Of a DNA stretch of 64,000 nucleotides, positions 1 to 10,962 are shown one piece after another. The notes under the pieces are model-generated. The model was given only the letters and a program-made list of their open reading frames with translations, was not told the DNA's origin and ran no database searches. The DNA is from Azolla caroliniana (Eukaryota > Plantae > Polypodiophyta): positions 14,198,001 to 14,262,000 of the forward strand of contig JBHGNT010000007.1 of NCBI GenBank assembly GCA_043228905.1, written 5' to 3'. Every line of letters begins with the position of its first letter. Positions within the stretch are counted from its first letter, which is position 1. A program made the translations under genes and the position numbers.

Positions 1-2704
1 TCTTGTGTGGGGAGAGCACGGTAGAGTCTCCACTATTCTCCGGTTCTTTATCTGACTGGTCATTCCGACATAGCCGCTCAATTGGCCCACTTAGTCGGAA
101 TGAGATAAGACTCTCATCTAGAGTACCAAATCCTTCTTCATATTCTACCTGAACCTCTCTAGGTTCACTAGCCTCATCCTCCGGAATCAGGTCTTCGTCG
201 GGAGTTGGAGTCACGAGAGAGTACCATGATTCCGACTCATCAAACTCAACATCTTGACTGAGATAAGACTCTCATCTAGAATACCAAATCCTTCTTCATA
301 TTCTACCTGAACCTCTCCAGGTTCACTAGCCTCATCCTCCGGAATCGGGTCTTCGTCGGGAGTTGGAGTCGCGAGAGAGTACCATGATGCCGACTCATCA
401 AACTCGACATCTTGACTTATTCGGACCTGTTTAGTCCGGGGGTTATAACACTTATACCCCTTCTGTTCATGCGAGTGGCCGATGAGTATGCACTTCTCCA
501 ACTTCGGATCTAGCTTCCTCCACTTCTCATCCGGTACATGCACATATGCTATGCTACCGAATATCCGAAGGTGTCTCAAATTCGGCTTCTGCCCGAAATA
601 TAGCTCATGTGATGACACCTTATCTCTGATCCGGTTTTGGATGTAGACGATAGTCCGAACCGCCTCATCCCAGTAGAACTTGGGCATACTCTTCTCCTCT
701 AGCATTGCGCTTCCATCGACAATCGATCGGTTCTTCATTTCGGCCACACCATTTTGTTCCGGTGTGTATCGACAGCTAAATTCTCTCCGAATTCCTTTCT
801 GTTGCAGATAACTGTTGAATTGGCTGGAAAAATATTCTTTTCCACCATCCGACCGCAGGCACTTAATCTTTCTCTCTGTTTCCCATTGAACGAAGCTTTG
901 AAGGTTCCGGAAACATTCGAAAACTTCGCTTTTCCTCTCGATGAGGTAGATCCAAGTGTGCCCGCTGTAGTCGTCGATGAAGGAGACAAAGTACTGACTC
1001 CCGCCAAGACTAACTCTCTATGCCAGTCCCCATACATCTGAATGGATTAAGTTGAGCTTGTTACGGCTCCGGTTTTGTTCGGTGGGGAATGGAAGCCGGT
1101 GTCGCTTCCCGAGTTGGCAGGCTTCACATATTTGGGCCTTGTGGCCACTAAATGTCAGCAAACCGAAAACAACTTGTTTCGATTGCAGGTCCTGAAGCCT
1201 TCGGTAATTGACGTGACTGATCCACTTGTGCCAAAGATCGATGTTCCGATTTGATCTTTTGTTCTTTTGCAAACATAGAGGAGCCTACGTTGTTGATGTC
1301 GAGGATGAACATCCTCCCGTTGCGACGCCCTTGCGCGATTATTCGGCCTTCTTCTTCAATGAAGCACCTGAGGTGCGTAAACCGCACCTGCATTCCCTGG
1401 TCGATGATTTGTCTGACTGACACAGGTTCTTTATGATTGTCAGAACGGGTAGTATGTTCATCAACTTTAACTTTTGTCCAACATGGCTTAAAAGGGACTT
1501 CTCCGACATGCACAATTGGGTGAGGGGTGTCGTCTCTGATTTCGACAATTCCCAGTTGTTCCGGTTTCTCTACAAATGAGAACCACTCTTCATGGCTCAT
1601 CATGTGATTAGATGCTCCAAAATCAACGTACCACACTTCATCCAATCCGGAAGTGGTCTTCTTCATCGAGTTCGCCTTATGCTTCATCATGAAGGTTGGC
1701 CCCTTTACCGGTCTTCCCGGTTCCGGATCTTTCCAATCCTTCTGCGTAGTGCGAGCTTTGCTGGTTTCCTTGTTCAGACTTGTCGGATCCGGATTTGTTT
1801 GAATTGGTGCACTTTTTCCAACACTCGCTTTCTCTGTGGCCTTTCTTGCCACAAAACCAACATTCCGTGTCGGCCTTCCCATGTCGGTTTCCGGCACCGT
1901 TTTGACTCCCCCTGCTCGTAGAGGGTTCGGAACTACTGTCGGCACTATCTCAGTGCCTTCGATTCTACTCTTGTCGGACGCCTCCATTGCGTGCCGACCC
2001 ACCTTGTCCTCCACGCCCACAAGGCTGGTCTGCCTTCGTGTACAACATCCGATTGTCCAGTTGAGTGGTCCTCGACCCACTCGCGTGGTTTTCTTCGACC
2101 ATCAGCATTGATTGCAGGTCGAAGGACGGTGGCTTCTCTCAGGTGCAGATCGCCGTCCGGATTGGCCCGTACCGTTGTACTAGAACACCAAGGCAGATTT
2201 GTACCATTTCTTCTTCGTCCACTATCACATTGATGGACCCAAGCGCGTCACAAATCTCCTTTATTTTGGTGGTCTACTCCATAACCGATGTTGTTCAACC
2301 CTTGCCAGATGTTGTTCAGCTCTTGCCAAAACTGCAACTTATGGGTTGCGTTACTTGCAGTGAAAATATTCCAAAGATTTTCCCAAGCCTCCTCCGACAT
2401 TTTCGCATCCTTGATGTAGTCGAGCATCTAATCATGAACACGAGACGCGAGGCAATAAAGCACTCTACTAGCTCCTTGTTCCCATGCCGGGAAGTCCTTG
2501 TGTGCCGGCTCCGGTGCTACCTCCTTAGCTCCTTCCGCATAGCTCCAATATCCATGCCCCAACAAGTACTGGTGCATTTTATACGACCAGGACACATAGT
2601 TGCTCCGGTCAAATTTTTCTGTGGGAAGCGAACTTGCCATACCTTTTTCCATCTCGATCCTCTACTGTTCTTCATCGAGTGTTAGGGTTTGTCTTTGAAA
2701 GCAT
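1..2704 (-). mobile_element. Degenerate Ty1/copia element A, internal part (gag, protease, GAG-pre-integrase, integrase); continues past the left edge
   Basis: Minus ORFs 2428-2652 (gag, MHQYLLGHGYWSY), 1148-2080 (WYVDFGASNHM protease), 1018-1272 (LWHKWISH...CEAC), 211-747 (integrase C-term, KGYKCYNP); frameshifted. Confidence 0.92.
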
Positions 2705-4561
2705 TGTCGTGTGGTTTTTCACACACGATATGAAAACTAGTAAAATAATTATTTACGATTAGCTTAATATATGGATATAGAAAGATAGATGTGCTCAAGA
2801 GCTTCATAGCGTATTTTACTACGCATAAAACAAATAAACAAGTATCAAGTTATGTGAGTGTGAAGTTTTAAGAAAAGAAAAGAAAAGACAAAACTGTGAG
2901 ATATCCCACATAGATAGGACAACATTGGAACCCATAATATATAAGGGAAACCAAAACATATTCATTCTACCAATGTGTGGAGCATAGAATGTTCAAGGTG
3001 ACTTGGGCTACATTATGTGGTGTGCACGCTTCGGGCGTACGCGTGTGTGCATGGCTATGTGGATGTTTTCGGATGTATGCACGCATGAACGTCTTTGGAT
3101 GTATGCGCGTGTGCAAGTTTCGGGCGTACGCGTGGACGTTTCGGACGGACGCGTATGTGCAGACGAGCCCGCGCACGCGTGTGTGCGCACGCGCGCAAGC
3201 GTGGATGCGTACACTACGGCGCGGTCGAGACTTTTGCGCGCGGATTCGTACACAGTGCGGGTTGGATGTGCGCGCGCGTGGATGCGTACACTACGGTGCG
3301 GTCGGGACGCGCGCATGCGTGGATGCGTACACTACGGCGCGGTCGGGATGGGCGCGGTCAAGACGGGCGCATAGGGTTTAGGGCGCGCAAGCGTGGATGG
3401 GTACACTACGGCGCGGTCGAGACTTTTGCGCGCGGATTCGTACACAGTGCGGGTTGGATGTGCGCGCGCGTGGATGCGTACACTACGGCGCGGTCGGGAC
3501 GTGCGCATGCGTGGATGCATACACTACGGCGCGGTCGGGACGCACGCATGCGTGGATGTGTACACTACTACGCGGTTGGGACTTCTGCGCGCAAACGCGT
3601 CTATGGTTTGGTTGCGAAGCACGTACGGATTGCGCACGTGTGTGCACATGCGTGGATGCGTACACTACGGCGCGGTCGAGACTTTTGCGAGCGGATGCGT
3701 ACATGATGTGGGTTGGACGTGCGCGCACGTGGATGCTTACACTACGGCGCAGTCAAGACATTTGCGAGCGGATGCGTACACAATGTGGGTTGGACGCGCG
3801 CGCACGTGGATGCGTACACTACGGCGCGGTTGGGACGCGCGCATGCGTGGATGCGTACACTACTACGCGGTCGAGACTTCTGCTTGCGGACGCGTCTACG
3901 GTTTGGTTGCGACGCACGTACGGATTGCGCACGGGCTAAACTTTATGGATGATTGTGTCATTTGGCCGAATTATACGAACAATCGCATGCAACCAAAAGC
4001 CAAGGCCATGCAACTAAAAGTAAAAGGCATGCATCTAAAAATGGAAGCATGCAACTAAAAGGAGAGGCCAGGCAACTAAAAATAGAGGCCATCCAACTAA
4101 AAGTGGGCATGCAAAGTAACATTGGGGAGGAGGATCAACGAGGAGCTCGATATATATCCCATTTTTTCCCTCCTAGTTTTATTTTTTTCCCCTTCTTTCT
4201 TCTTCCCTCTCGGATTCGAGAAACAAATTATCTCACATATTGATATCAAACTCCTAGCTTTGTTTACTCGATCTTTCTGGTCAAAAATTATCTCTCGTAT
4301 TCTTATCGGACCACTCCTTGCATGGTTGTTGGCTCCTTTCTTTGAAAAATTAATCTCTCATTTCCATACCCAACCCATTGTAACACGATTCTCAAATTAT
4401 AAAGAATCGATTTTCTTTTGCAATAAACTAATGATTTGTCTCTCCCACTTGTCTTATGCTTAAAACTTGCTTTTGTTGTACATGTTGCTCTAAATCCTTC
4501 TAGTCCATAACCCCGGCGGTTCTACCTCACGATCCGCACATAGTGACGCATTTTCACGACA
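2705..4561 (+). repeat. 5' LTR of gypsy B (1857 bp) with GC-rich tandem array at ~3200-3870
   Basis: Direct repeat of 15896-17179; 11 copies of core GTGGATGCGTACACTACGGCGCGGTCG. Confidence 0.95.
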
Positions 4562-4569
4562 TAATTAAG

Positions 4570-4587
4570 TGGTGAACCCGACGTGAA
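4570..4587 (+). promoter_or_regulatory. Primer binding site complementary to tRNA-Trp 3' end (B)
   Basis: TGGTGAACCCGACGTGAA is the reverse complement of ...TTCACGTCGGGTTCACCA, the plant cytosolic tRNA-Trp 3' end as recalled from memory. Confidence 0.85.
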
Positions 4588-6089
4588 AGAGGCGGTAGGA
4601 AGGATATCAAGTGCAACAATGGCTTCAACAAGCGGAACTCAAGGAGAGAAATTAACGAAAGGTATGGTGTCCGTAGTGGAATACATGCTGAAGGTGAGAG
4701 ATCGAGAAGCTTTAATCGACAAAGCTGTTGATCGTACGGTCGAGATAGCTGGACAATTTGGTGGCAAGAACATCAGGGATTTTCTTGCTACCTATCGGAA
4801 CAAGATGCAACAAAGGGATGTCAACGATCTCAAACAAATTTCTAGCTTCAAACGCGTGGTGGAACCACGGATCCGTGAGCGCATCATGGAGATCCAAAGC
4901 GAGCATGCAACTTGGGCGGAGTTCGAAAAGGCACTTCTCGCCAAATACATGCTTGAAGACGCATCGCGGATGACTCGACATACGCTAATGTCTTGGATCG
5001 AGAAGAAAGGGAAGAATATGTGTGTGTCTGGAGTATATGCCGAATTTGACCAGAAGTATAACCGACTTCCGAGTGTTGATCAATGAGTTCTCGATGGAGA
5101 TAGAGTCCTACTATTCCTGAAGGCAGTGGATGCGAAAGATCGGCGTGAATTGGGTAACTTTTTGGAGGATGAAACACAACCAAATGGCTTGGTAGCGAAC
5201 TGGGTGGCAGTGAAGAAGACTTGTAGCCGTCTTGATAAGCGTCGACAATGGCAAGAGGAAACTGATATGGAGAATCCACAATCGTGGAGGAGGAATGCAC
5301 CTGTGACGATTGAGTCTAACAAGCCGATCAACAATTTTGACAAGAAAGTGATAGAGGAATCTATAATCGAAGAGCTCTCCAAGAAGTTTGAAGCGGTATT
5401 GCTGGCCAACTTAGGTCGACGCGGGCCGAAGGGAAAAGAAGCGTATAGATGTGTGTGGTGTGACCGTTTCGAACACTCGCGAAGGGAGTGCACTCCCTTG
5501 CAAGACGCAATTCGCAAGAATGTTGTCTATTTGGACAGCAACATGATCCACTTGAGTGAGACCCGAAACCCACTACGAGTGAACTTCGGAAGAGGCGGGC
5601 TGAAAAAGATTGTGGAAGAGGAAGATGCAAGGCATGTGGAAGCCATGCACTACGCCGCATCGGTGAGAATACGAGTTGGAAGAGAGAACCTAAAGACGAT
5701 CAAGCCAGGAGTTGGGTTTTGGCCAACGGTATTCGAGTGTGAAAAGAAAGGAAAAATAGATTTGGAGGATCTCAAACATGTTGATCGGAATGTGCAACGA
5801 GTAACCGGAATGTCGGATCCAGTCGACGATAACACAAGCTTTGCGGAGGTTATGTGTGACAACTATGAGGCTCTTGTCGAAAAGAAGAGGAAAAGAACCG
5901 GTGAAGAAGATGGCACCTCAAAGCGTCACAATACAAGGAATGCAAGGAAAGAAGGACAAGCCCAACCTACGCCACGAAAAGAGATAGGAGAAACAAGCAT
6001 GAAGCCTGGTGGATCGAGCCAACCTTCTCGGATGGAAGTCGATGAATCTGTGAAGAAAGGAAAGGAACGAGTGGCGTTGACTTACAAGC

Positions 6090-6847
6090 TGTTGGGATTT
6101 CGGTCCCTCCGGATGGGATGTCCGGAGATGAATGACGGCAAGCCCGGTTACGGTTACGGAACCGGATGAAGATACAGGTCCGGTGAGCGCACTCTCCGGA
6201 TGATGAAGAATACCCGGTATGAAGCCGGATGAAGAGTACCCGGATACGGATCCGGATGATGAAGTACCCGGATACGGATCCGGATGATGAAGACCCCGGC
6301 ATGAAGCCGGATGACGAAGACCTGGCTACGGAGCCGGATGACGAAGACCTGGCTACGGAGCCGGATGATGAATGTACCCGGAGAGAGATCCGGATGCGGG
6401 GACATATTTGTGAATATGTTTGCCAAGGGCCCTTGTGGCTATATTTGTAAATAGCCGGAAAGTCATATGTGTATAAATATGACTTAGGGCAAACAGTTTT
6501 AGTTGCTGCTCATTTTCTGTTTTCACTTAGAGGGAGCGAAGTGAGAGCAGCCGAGAGAGAGAGAGAGTGAGAGAAACGAGGAGGTCGTTGCCTCTGTGTA
6601 TTACCGCCGCCTGTGGCGAGGACAGCGAGCTCAAGGTCGTCGCCTTGCAGCTCGCCATTGTATACTTCTCTGTATAGTGTTGGTTTGGAGTCTTGTACTC
6701 CCGTGGTTTTTCCCGTTTAGGGTTTTCCACGTTAATCCCTGTGTTATCGTGTCTCTCTCTGTGTTTCCTATTTTCTACTGCATTGATTCGCGATTTCTCG
6801 GTTGTGGCCGGAACGACGAAGGCGAATCGGAGCGTTGATTCGCAACA
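6090..6847 (+). repeat. 5' LTR of D (758 bp)
   Basis: tgttggg...cgcaaca; U3 holds ccggatga-based short repeats; tataaata at ~6472. Confidence 0.97.
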
Positions 6848-6878
6848 AAGTGGTATCAGAGCGACGGCAGTGCAGAAA

Positions 6879-9800
6879 ATGGAAGGCGGCAGCAGCGGGC
6901 AGCCGGGGATGATGGTGCTGAATGCGCAGAACTACGCCGACTGGAAGATCAAGATGGAGGATCTTCTGATTGTTCGGGACCTGTACGAACCGATTGACAG
7001 GTCGGAAATACCGAAGGGGGTACTTGAGACGGAATGGAGGCTTCTGAACCGGAAAGCCGTTGCAACCATTCGGCAATACGTCGATGTAAGTGTTCTGCAA
7101 CATGTGGCGAACGACACCAACGCATACGAGATGTGGCGGAAGCTGTCGGGCCTCTACGAGAGGAAGAATGCGTTGAACCGGACCTCCCTGATGAGGAAGA
7201 TAGTGAACCTCAAGTACCGGGACGGCGAGAGCATGGTGGAACACGTAAGCACGTTCATGGGATTCGTGAACCAGCTTGCGGCAATCAAGTTCCCGCTGGA
7301 GGATGCAATGCAAGCCATCATTCTGATGTGTACATTGCCGGAAAGTTGGGAGAACTTGGTGGTGACTCTCAGCACCTCCTGCACCGAAGATAACTTGTCT
7401 TTACAAACGGTAAAGACAAGTATTTTGAACGAAGAAGCGCGTCGGAGAGATAAAGAACCGGCCTCCGACTCGAAGGCGCTGCTTACCGAATCGGAACGGG
7501 GAAGACAATGGAACCGGAGTCCGCAAAGACGGGAGAAGTCGGGGACCCAGTCGCAGTCAAGAGGAAGACCCACATGCTTCCACTGTGGGAAGCCGGGGCA
7601 CTTCCGGAAGAATTGTCGGCATTACCGAAAAGACAACGGAGCCGACGACACCGATTCGAAGAAGTCACCGGAGCGAAATGGTGCATACCGGGGAGCCACG
7701 GACCGGAGAGGTTCGGATCGGCGAGGGCAGGACCGGAAAGGAACGACGGCACTCACGGCAAGTGAAGAGGAGATCATGCTCATTACCGAAGAGAGGGAGC
7801 TGAACCTTGCCGGAGAAGAGATGACCTGGGTGGTCGATTCCGGAGCGTCGTTCCACCTGACCCCGGAGAAGAAATACTTCTCATCCTACACAGCCGGTGA
7901 GCATGGCTGTGTCCGGATGGGAAATGAAGGTACGTGCCGGATTGCCGGCATAGGAGACGTGTGGCTGATGACATCAACCGGATGCAAGATGCTGCTGAAG
8001 GATGTCCGGCACGTTCCGGAGGTTCGATTGAACCTGATTTCGGCCGGGAGTCTAGACGATGAAGGCTACACGGGTAGTATCCGGAACGGTGTCATGAAGT
8101 TCAGCAAAGGGAGCCTGATAGTGGCTCGGGCCCGGAAGGTCAACACACTGTACCTTATGAATGCCCGGTTGTGTCCGGAAGAGTTGAACGTGGCAGCCGA
8201 CACTGCCGGTGAGCTGTGGCACAAGAGACTGTGCCACATGAGTGAGAAGGGGATGAAGAGGCTTGCAGAAGACAACCTCATTCCAGTGAAGCATGTGCAC
8301 CTGGAGAAGTGCACCGATTGCCTGGCCGGTAAACAGAACCGAACCTCCTTCCACTCAAGGCCACCGACGAGACGTAGTGCACCATTGGAGTTGGTGCACA
8401 CTGATGTGTGTCAGGTAGAAACGAAGTCACATGGCGGAGCCCAGTACTTCGTAACATTCATAGATGACCACAGCCGGAAGCTGTGGACGGCACCGCTGAA
8501 GACAAAGGACCAAGTATTGTCCGTCTTCAAAGAACTCCACGCGAGAGTGGAAAGGGAATCCGGCAAGAAGCTGAAAGCGATACGAGCGGATAACGGAGGG
8601 GAATACCGGGGGCAGTTCCAGGAGTACTGTCGCTCGAAGGGAATCCGGCTCGAGTTTACTGTGCCGAAGACGCCGGAACTGAACGGGCTGGCCGAGAGGA
8701 TGAACCGGACCATAATGGAGAGGGTCCGGAGTATGCTAGCACATGCGAAACTACCCAAGGGATTTTGGGCCGAGGCAATGTCGACGGCGACATACGTGAT
8801 AAACAGATCACCCTCAGTACCTTTGGACGGGGACACGCCGCAGAAAGTGTGGACCGGTAAGGAAGTGTCCTACCGGCACCTGAAGGTGTTCGGGTGTCTC
8901 GCATACGTGCATGTGGCAAAGGACCGGAGAGGAAAGCTAGATCCAAAGACCCGGCCATGCATATTCCTCGGTTACGGCGACGACGAGTTCGGCTACCGAG
9001 TATGGGACCCGGTCGACAAGAAGATATTCAGGAGTAGAGATATCATCTTCATGGAGGACAAGACACTCGCCGACTGGGAGTCGGAGAAGAAGATGAAGAG
9101 CTCCAAGTCGACCGGTGAGGATCAACTCTACGAGGAGCAGTCCCGACCGGCAAGGGACCGGTTAGCACTCGAGGATCCGGCCGAAGACGGTGAAGAAATA
9201 GAACCGGCCGAAGAAGATGAAAATGATACCGGAACCGGCCCCGATCCCGAAATGGATTCGGATGAAGAAGAATCGGAAGAACCGTTTACCGAAGCTCCGG
9301 AACGGAGATATCCTCTAAGAGAGAGAAGGGCCCCCCGGAGATTTCCGGAACCAGAGCACGTGCTGCTAACCGACGAAGGGGAGCCGGAGAGCTTTGAAGA
9401 AGCAAAGCATGACACCCAGAGCCGCAGGTGGTTGAGTGCCATGCAGGACGAGATGGATTCCCTGCATGAGAACCACACATATGAACTTGTGGAGTTGCCG
9501 AAAGGAAAGTGGGCACTTCGAAACAAGTGGGTGTTCAAGCTGAAACCGGAAGATGCCGGAAACCCCCCGAGATACAAAGCCAGGATCGTGGTGAAGGGGC
9601 TCCAGCAGAAGAAGGGCGTCGACTTCGACGAGATATTTGCCCCGGTAGTGAAGATGACCTCCATCCGGACGGTGCTGAGCATAGCGGCAAGCATGGACCT
9701 CGAGGTAGAACAGATGGACGTGAAGACGGCATTCCTTCACGGTGACCTCGAAGAAGAGACCTACATGCAGCAACCGGAAGGATTCGAGAAGAAAGGGAAG

Positions 9801-10952
9801 GAGCACTTGGTATGCCGGTTGAAGAAGAGCCTTTACGGACTGAAGCAGGCTCCCTGGCAGTGGTACCGAAAGTTTGACTCCTTCATGACCGATGAAGGGT
9901 ACCACAAAACGCAGTCTGACCACTGCGTGTTTGTGAAGAAGTTCGACGGAGGAGACTCTCTAATACTCCTCCTGTACGTGGACGACATGTTGATCGTCGG
10001 ACGGGACCAGGTCAAGATACGGATGCTGAAGAAGGCTCTTCACCGAACCTTCTCAATGAAGGACCTGGGTCCGGCGAGGCAAATACTAGGGATGCACATC
10101 ATCCGGGACCGGAAGAAGAAGCAGTTGTGGCTGTCACAGGAGAAGTACGTGACAAAGGTGCTTCACCGGTTCAACATGTCGGAAGCAAGACCAGTCGGGT
10201 CGACTCTCCCGGCAAACTGCAAGCTGTCCAGCAAGCAAAGCCCCAAGACAAAGGCTGAGAAGGAGGACATGATGAAAGTACCGTATGCCTCTGCCGTCGG
10301 GAGCTTGATGTACGCGATGGTGTGTACCCGACCGGACATAGGATATGCAGTCGGAGTGGTGAGCCGGTACATGAGCAATCCCGGCAAAGAGCACTGGAAC
10401 GCGGTCAAGTGGATACTCCGATACCTGAAGGGCACAGCAAACGTGTGCCTCCGATTCGGCTCCGGTAAACCCGAACTCGACGGCTTCACCGATTCGGATA
10501 TGTCGGCTGATGCGGATACCAGCCGGTCCACATCAGGGTATGTGATGACGTATGCAGGGGGAGCTGTTTCGTGGCAGTCGAGGCTGCAGAAGACGGTTGC
10601 GTTGTCAACCACGGAGGCGGAGTACATGGCGGCTGTTGAAGCCGGCAAGGAAATAATATGGATGAAGGACTTCATTAGAGAGCTCGGTATCCGGCAGGAG
10701 GAGTACCGACTCTACTGCGACAGTCAGAGTGCAATCCACCTTGCGAAGAACGCGGCCTATCACTCCCGGACGAAGCACATCCAGCGAAGATATCACTGGA
10801 TCCGGGAAAGGATAGAAGACAAGGAGTTCGTGCTGACAAAGATCCACACAGACGAGAACGGGTCGGATTTGCTGACCAAGGTGCTCACACCCGACAAGCT
10901 GGAAGCATGCCGGAAGAGGATCGGATTGGAGAGACATCCCATGCCGAAGTGA
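6879..10952 (+). CDS. Uninterrupted Gag-Pol polyprotein of copia D (~1357 aa)
   Basis: First ATG after the PBS; CFHCGKPGHFRKNC knuckle, WVVDSGASFH protease, HHCC and DDE integrase, LYVDD RT, YCDSQSAI RNase H. Confidence 0.97.
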   Translation: MEGGSSGQPGMMVLNAQNYADWKIKMEDLLIVRDLYEPIDRSEIPKGVLETEWRLLNRKAVATIRQYVDVSVLQHVANDTNAYEMWRKLSGLYERKNALNRTSLMRKIVNLKYRDGESMVEHVSTFMGFVNQLAAIKFPLEDAMQAIILMCTLPESWENLVVTLSTSCTEDNLSLQTVKTSILNEEARRRDKEPASDSKALLTESERGRQWNRSPQRREKSGTQSQSRGRPTCFHCGKPGHFRKNCRHYRKDNGADDTDSKKSPERNGAYRGATDRRGSDRRGQDRKGTTALTASEEEIMLITEERELNLAGEEMTWVVDSGASFHLTPEKKYFSSYTAGEHGCVRMGNEGTCRIAGIGDVWLMTSTGCKMLLKDVRHVPEVRLNLISAGSLDDEGYTGSIRNGVMKFSKGSLIVARARKVNTLYLMNARLCPEELNVAADTAGELWHKRLCHMSEKGMKRLAEDNLIPVKHVHLEKCTDCLAGKQNRTSFHSRPPTRRSAPLELVHTDVCQVETKSHGGAQYFVTFIDDHSRKLWTAPLKTKDQVLSVFKELHARVERESGKKLKAIRADNGGEYRGQFQEYCRSKGIRLEFTVPKTPELNGLAERMNRTIMERVRSMLAHAKLPKGFWAEAMSTATYVINRSPSVPLDGDTPQKVWTGKEVSYRHLKVFGCLAYVHVAKDRRGKLDPKTRPCIFLGYGDDEFGYRVWDPVDKKIFRSRDIIFMEDKTLADWESEKKMKSSKSTGEDQLYEEQSRPARDRLALEDPAEDGEEIEPAEEDENDTGTGPDPEMDSDEEESEEPFTEAPERRYPLRERRAPRRFPEPEHVLLTDEGEPESFEEAKHDTQSRRWLSAMQDEMDSLHENHTYELVELPKGKWALRNKWVFKLKPEDAGNPPRYKARIVVKGLQQKKGVDFDEIFAPVVKMTSIRTVLSIAASMDLEVEQMDVKTAFLHGDLEEETYMQQPEGFEKKGKEHLVCRLKKSLYGLKQAPWQWYRKFDSFMTDEGYHKTQSDHCVFVKKFDGGDSLILLLYVDDMLIVGRDQVKIRMLKKALHRTFSMKDLGPARQILGMHIIRDRKKKQLWLSQEKYVTKVLHRFNMSEARPVGSTLPANCKLSSKQSPKTKAEKEDMMKVPYASAVGSLMYAMVCTRPDIGYAVGVVSRYMSNPGKEHWNAVKWILRYLKGTANVCLRFGSGKPELDGFTDSDMSADADTSRSTSGYVMTYAGGAVSWQSRLQKTVALSTTEAEYMAAVEAGKEIIWMKDFIRELGIRQEEYRLYCDSQSAIHLAKNAAYHSRTKHIQRRYHWIRERIEDKEFVLTKIHTDENGSDLLTKVLTPDKLEACRKRIGLERHPMPK

Positions 10953-10962
10953 AGGGGGAGTT

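Noticed and set aside
3209-3218. B array core TACACTACG is the reverse complement of bases near the E/M LTR start (CGTAGTGTA)
   Set aside because: Only 9 bp; chance cannot be excluded
3200-3870. CRISPR-like appearance of the repeat array
   Set aside because: The spacers are themselves repeated, the array lies inside a plant LTR, and there are no cas genes
2967-4058. Overlapping Arg/Cys-rich ORFs on both strands
   Set aside because: By-product of a GC-rich, stop-poor tandem repeat; not kept in the 3' LTR
6693-6878. N-terminal 62 aa of the 1419-aa ORF call (and the start of ORF 11539)
   Set aside because: Non-ATG start inside the LTR, upstream of the PBS; the likely start is ATG 6879
6768-10937. 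Many antisense ORFs over D and other pol regions
   Set aside because: Shadow frames of GC-rich coding sequence with no motifs
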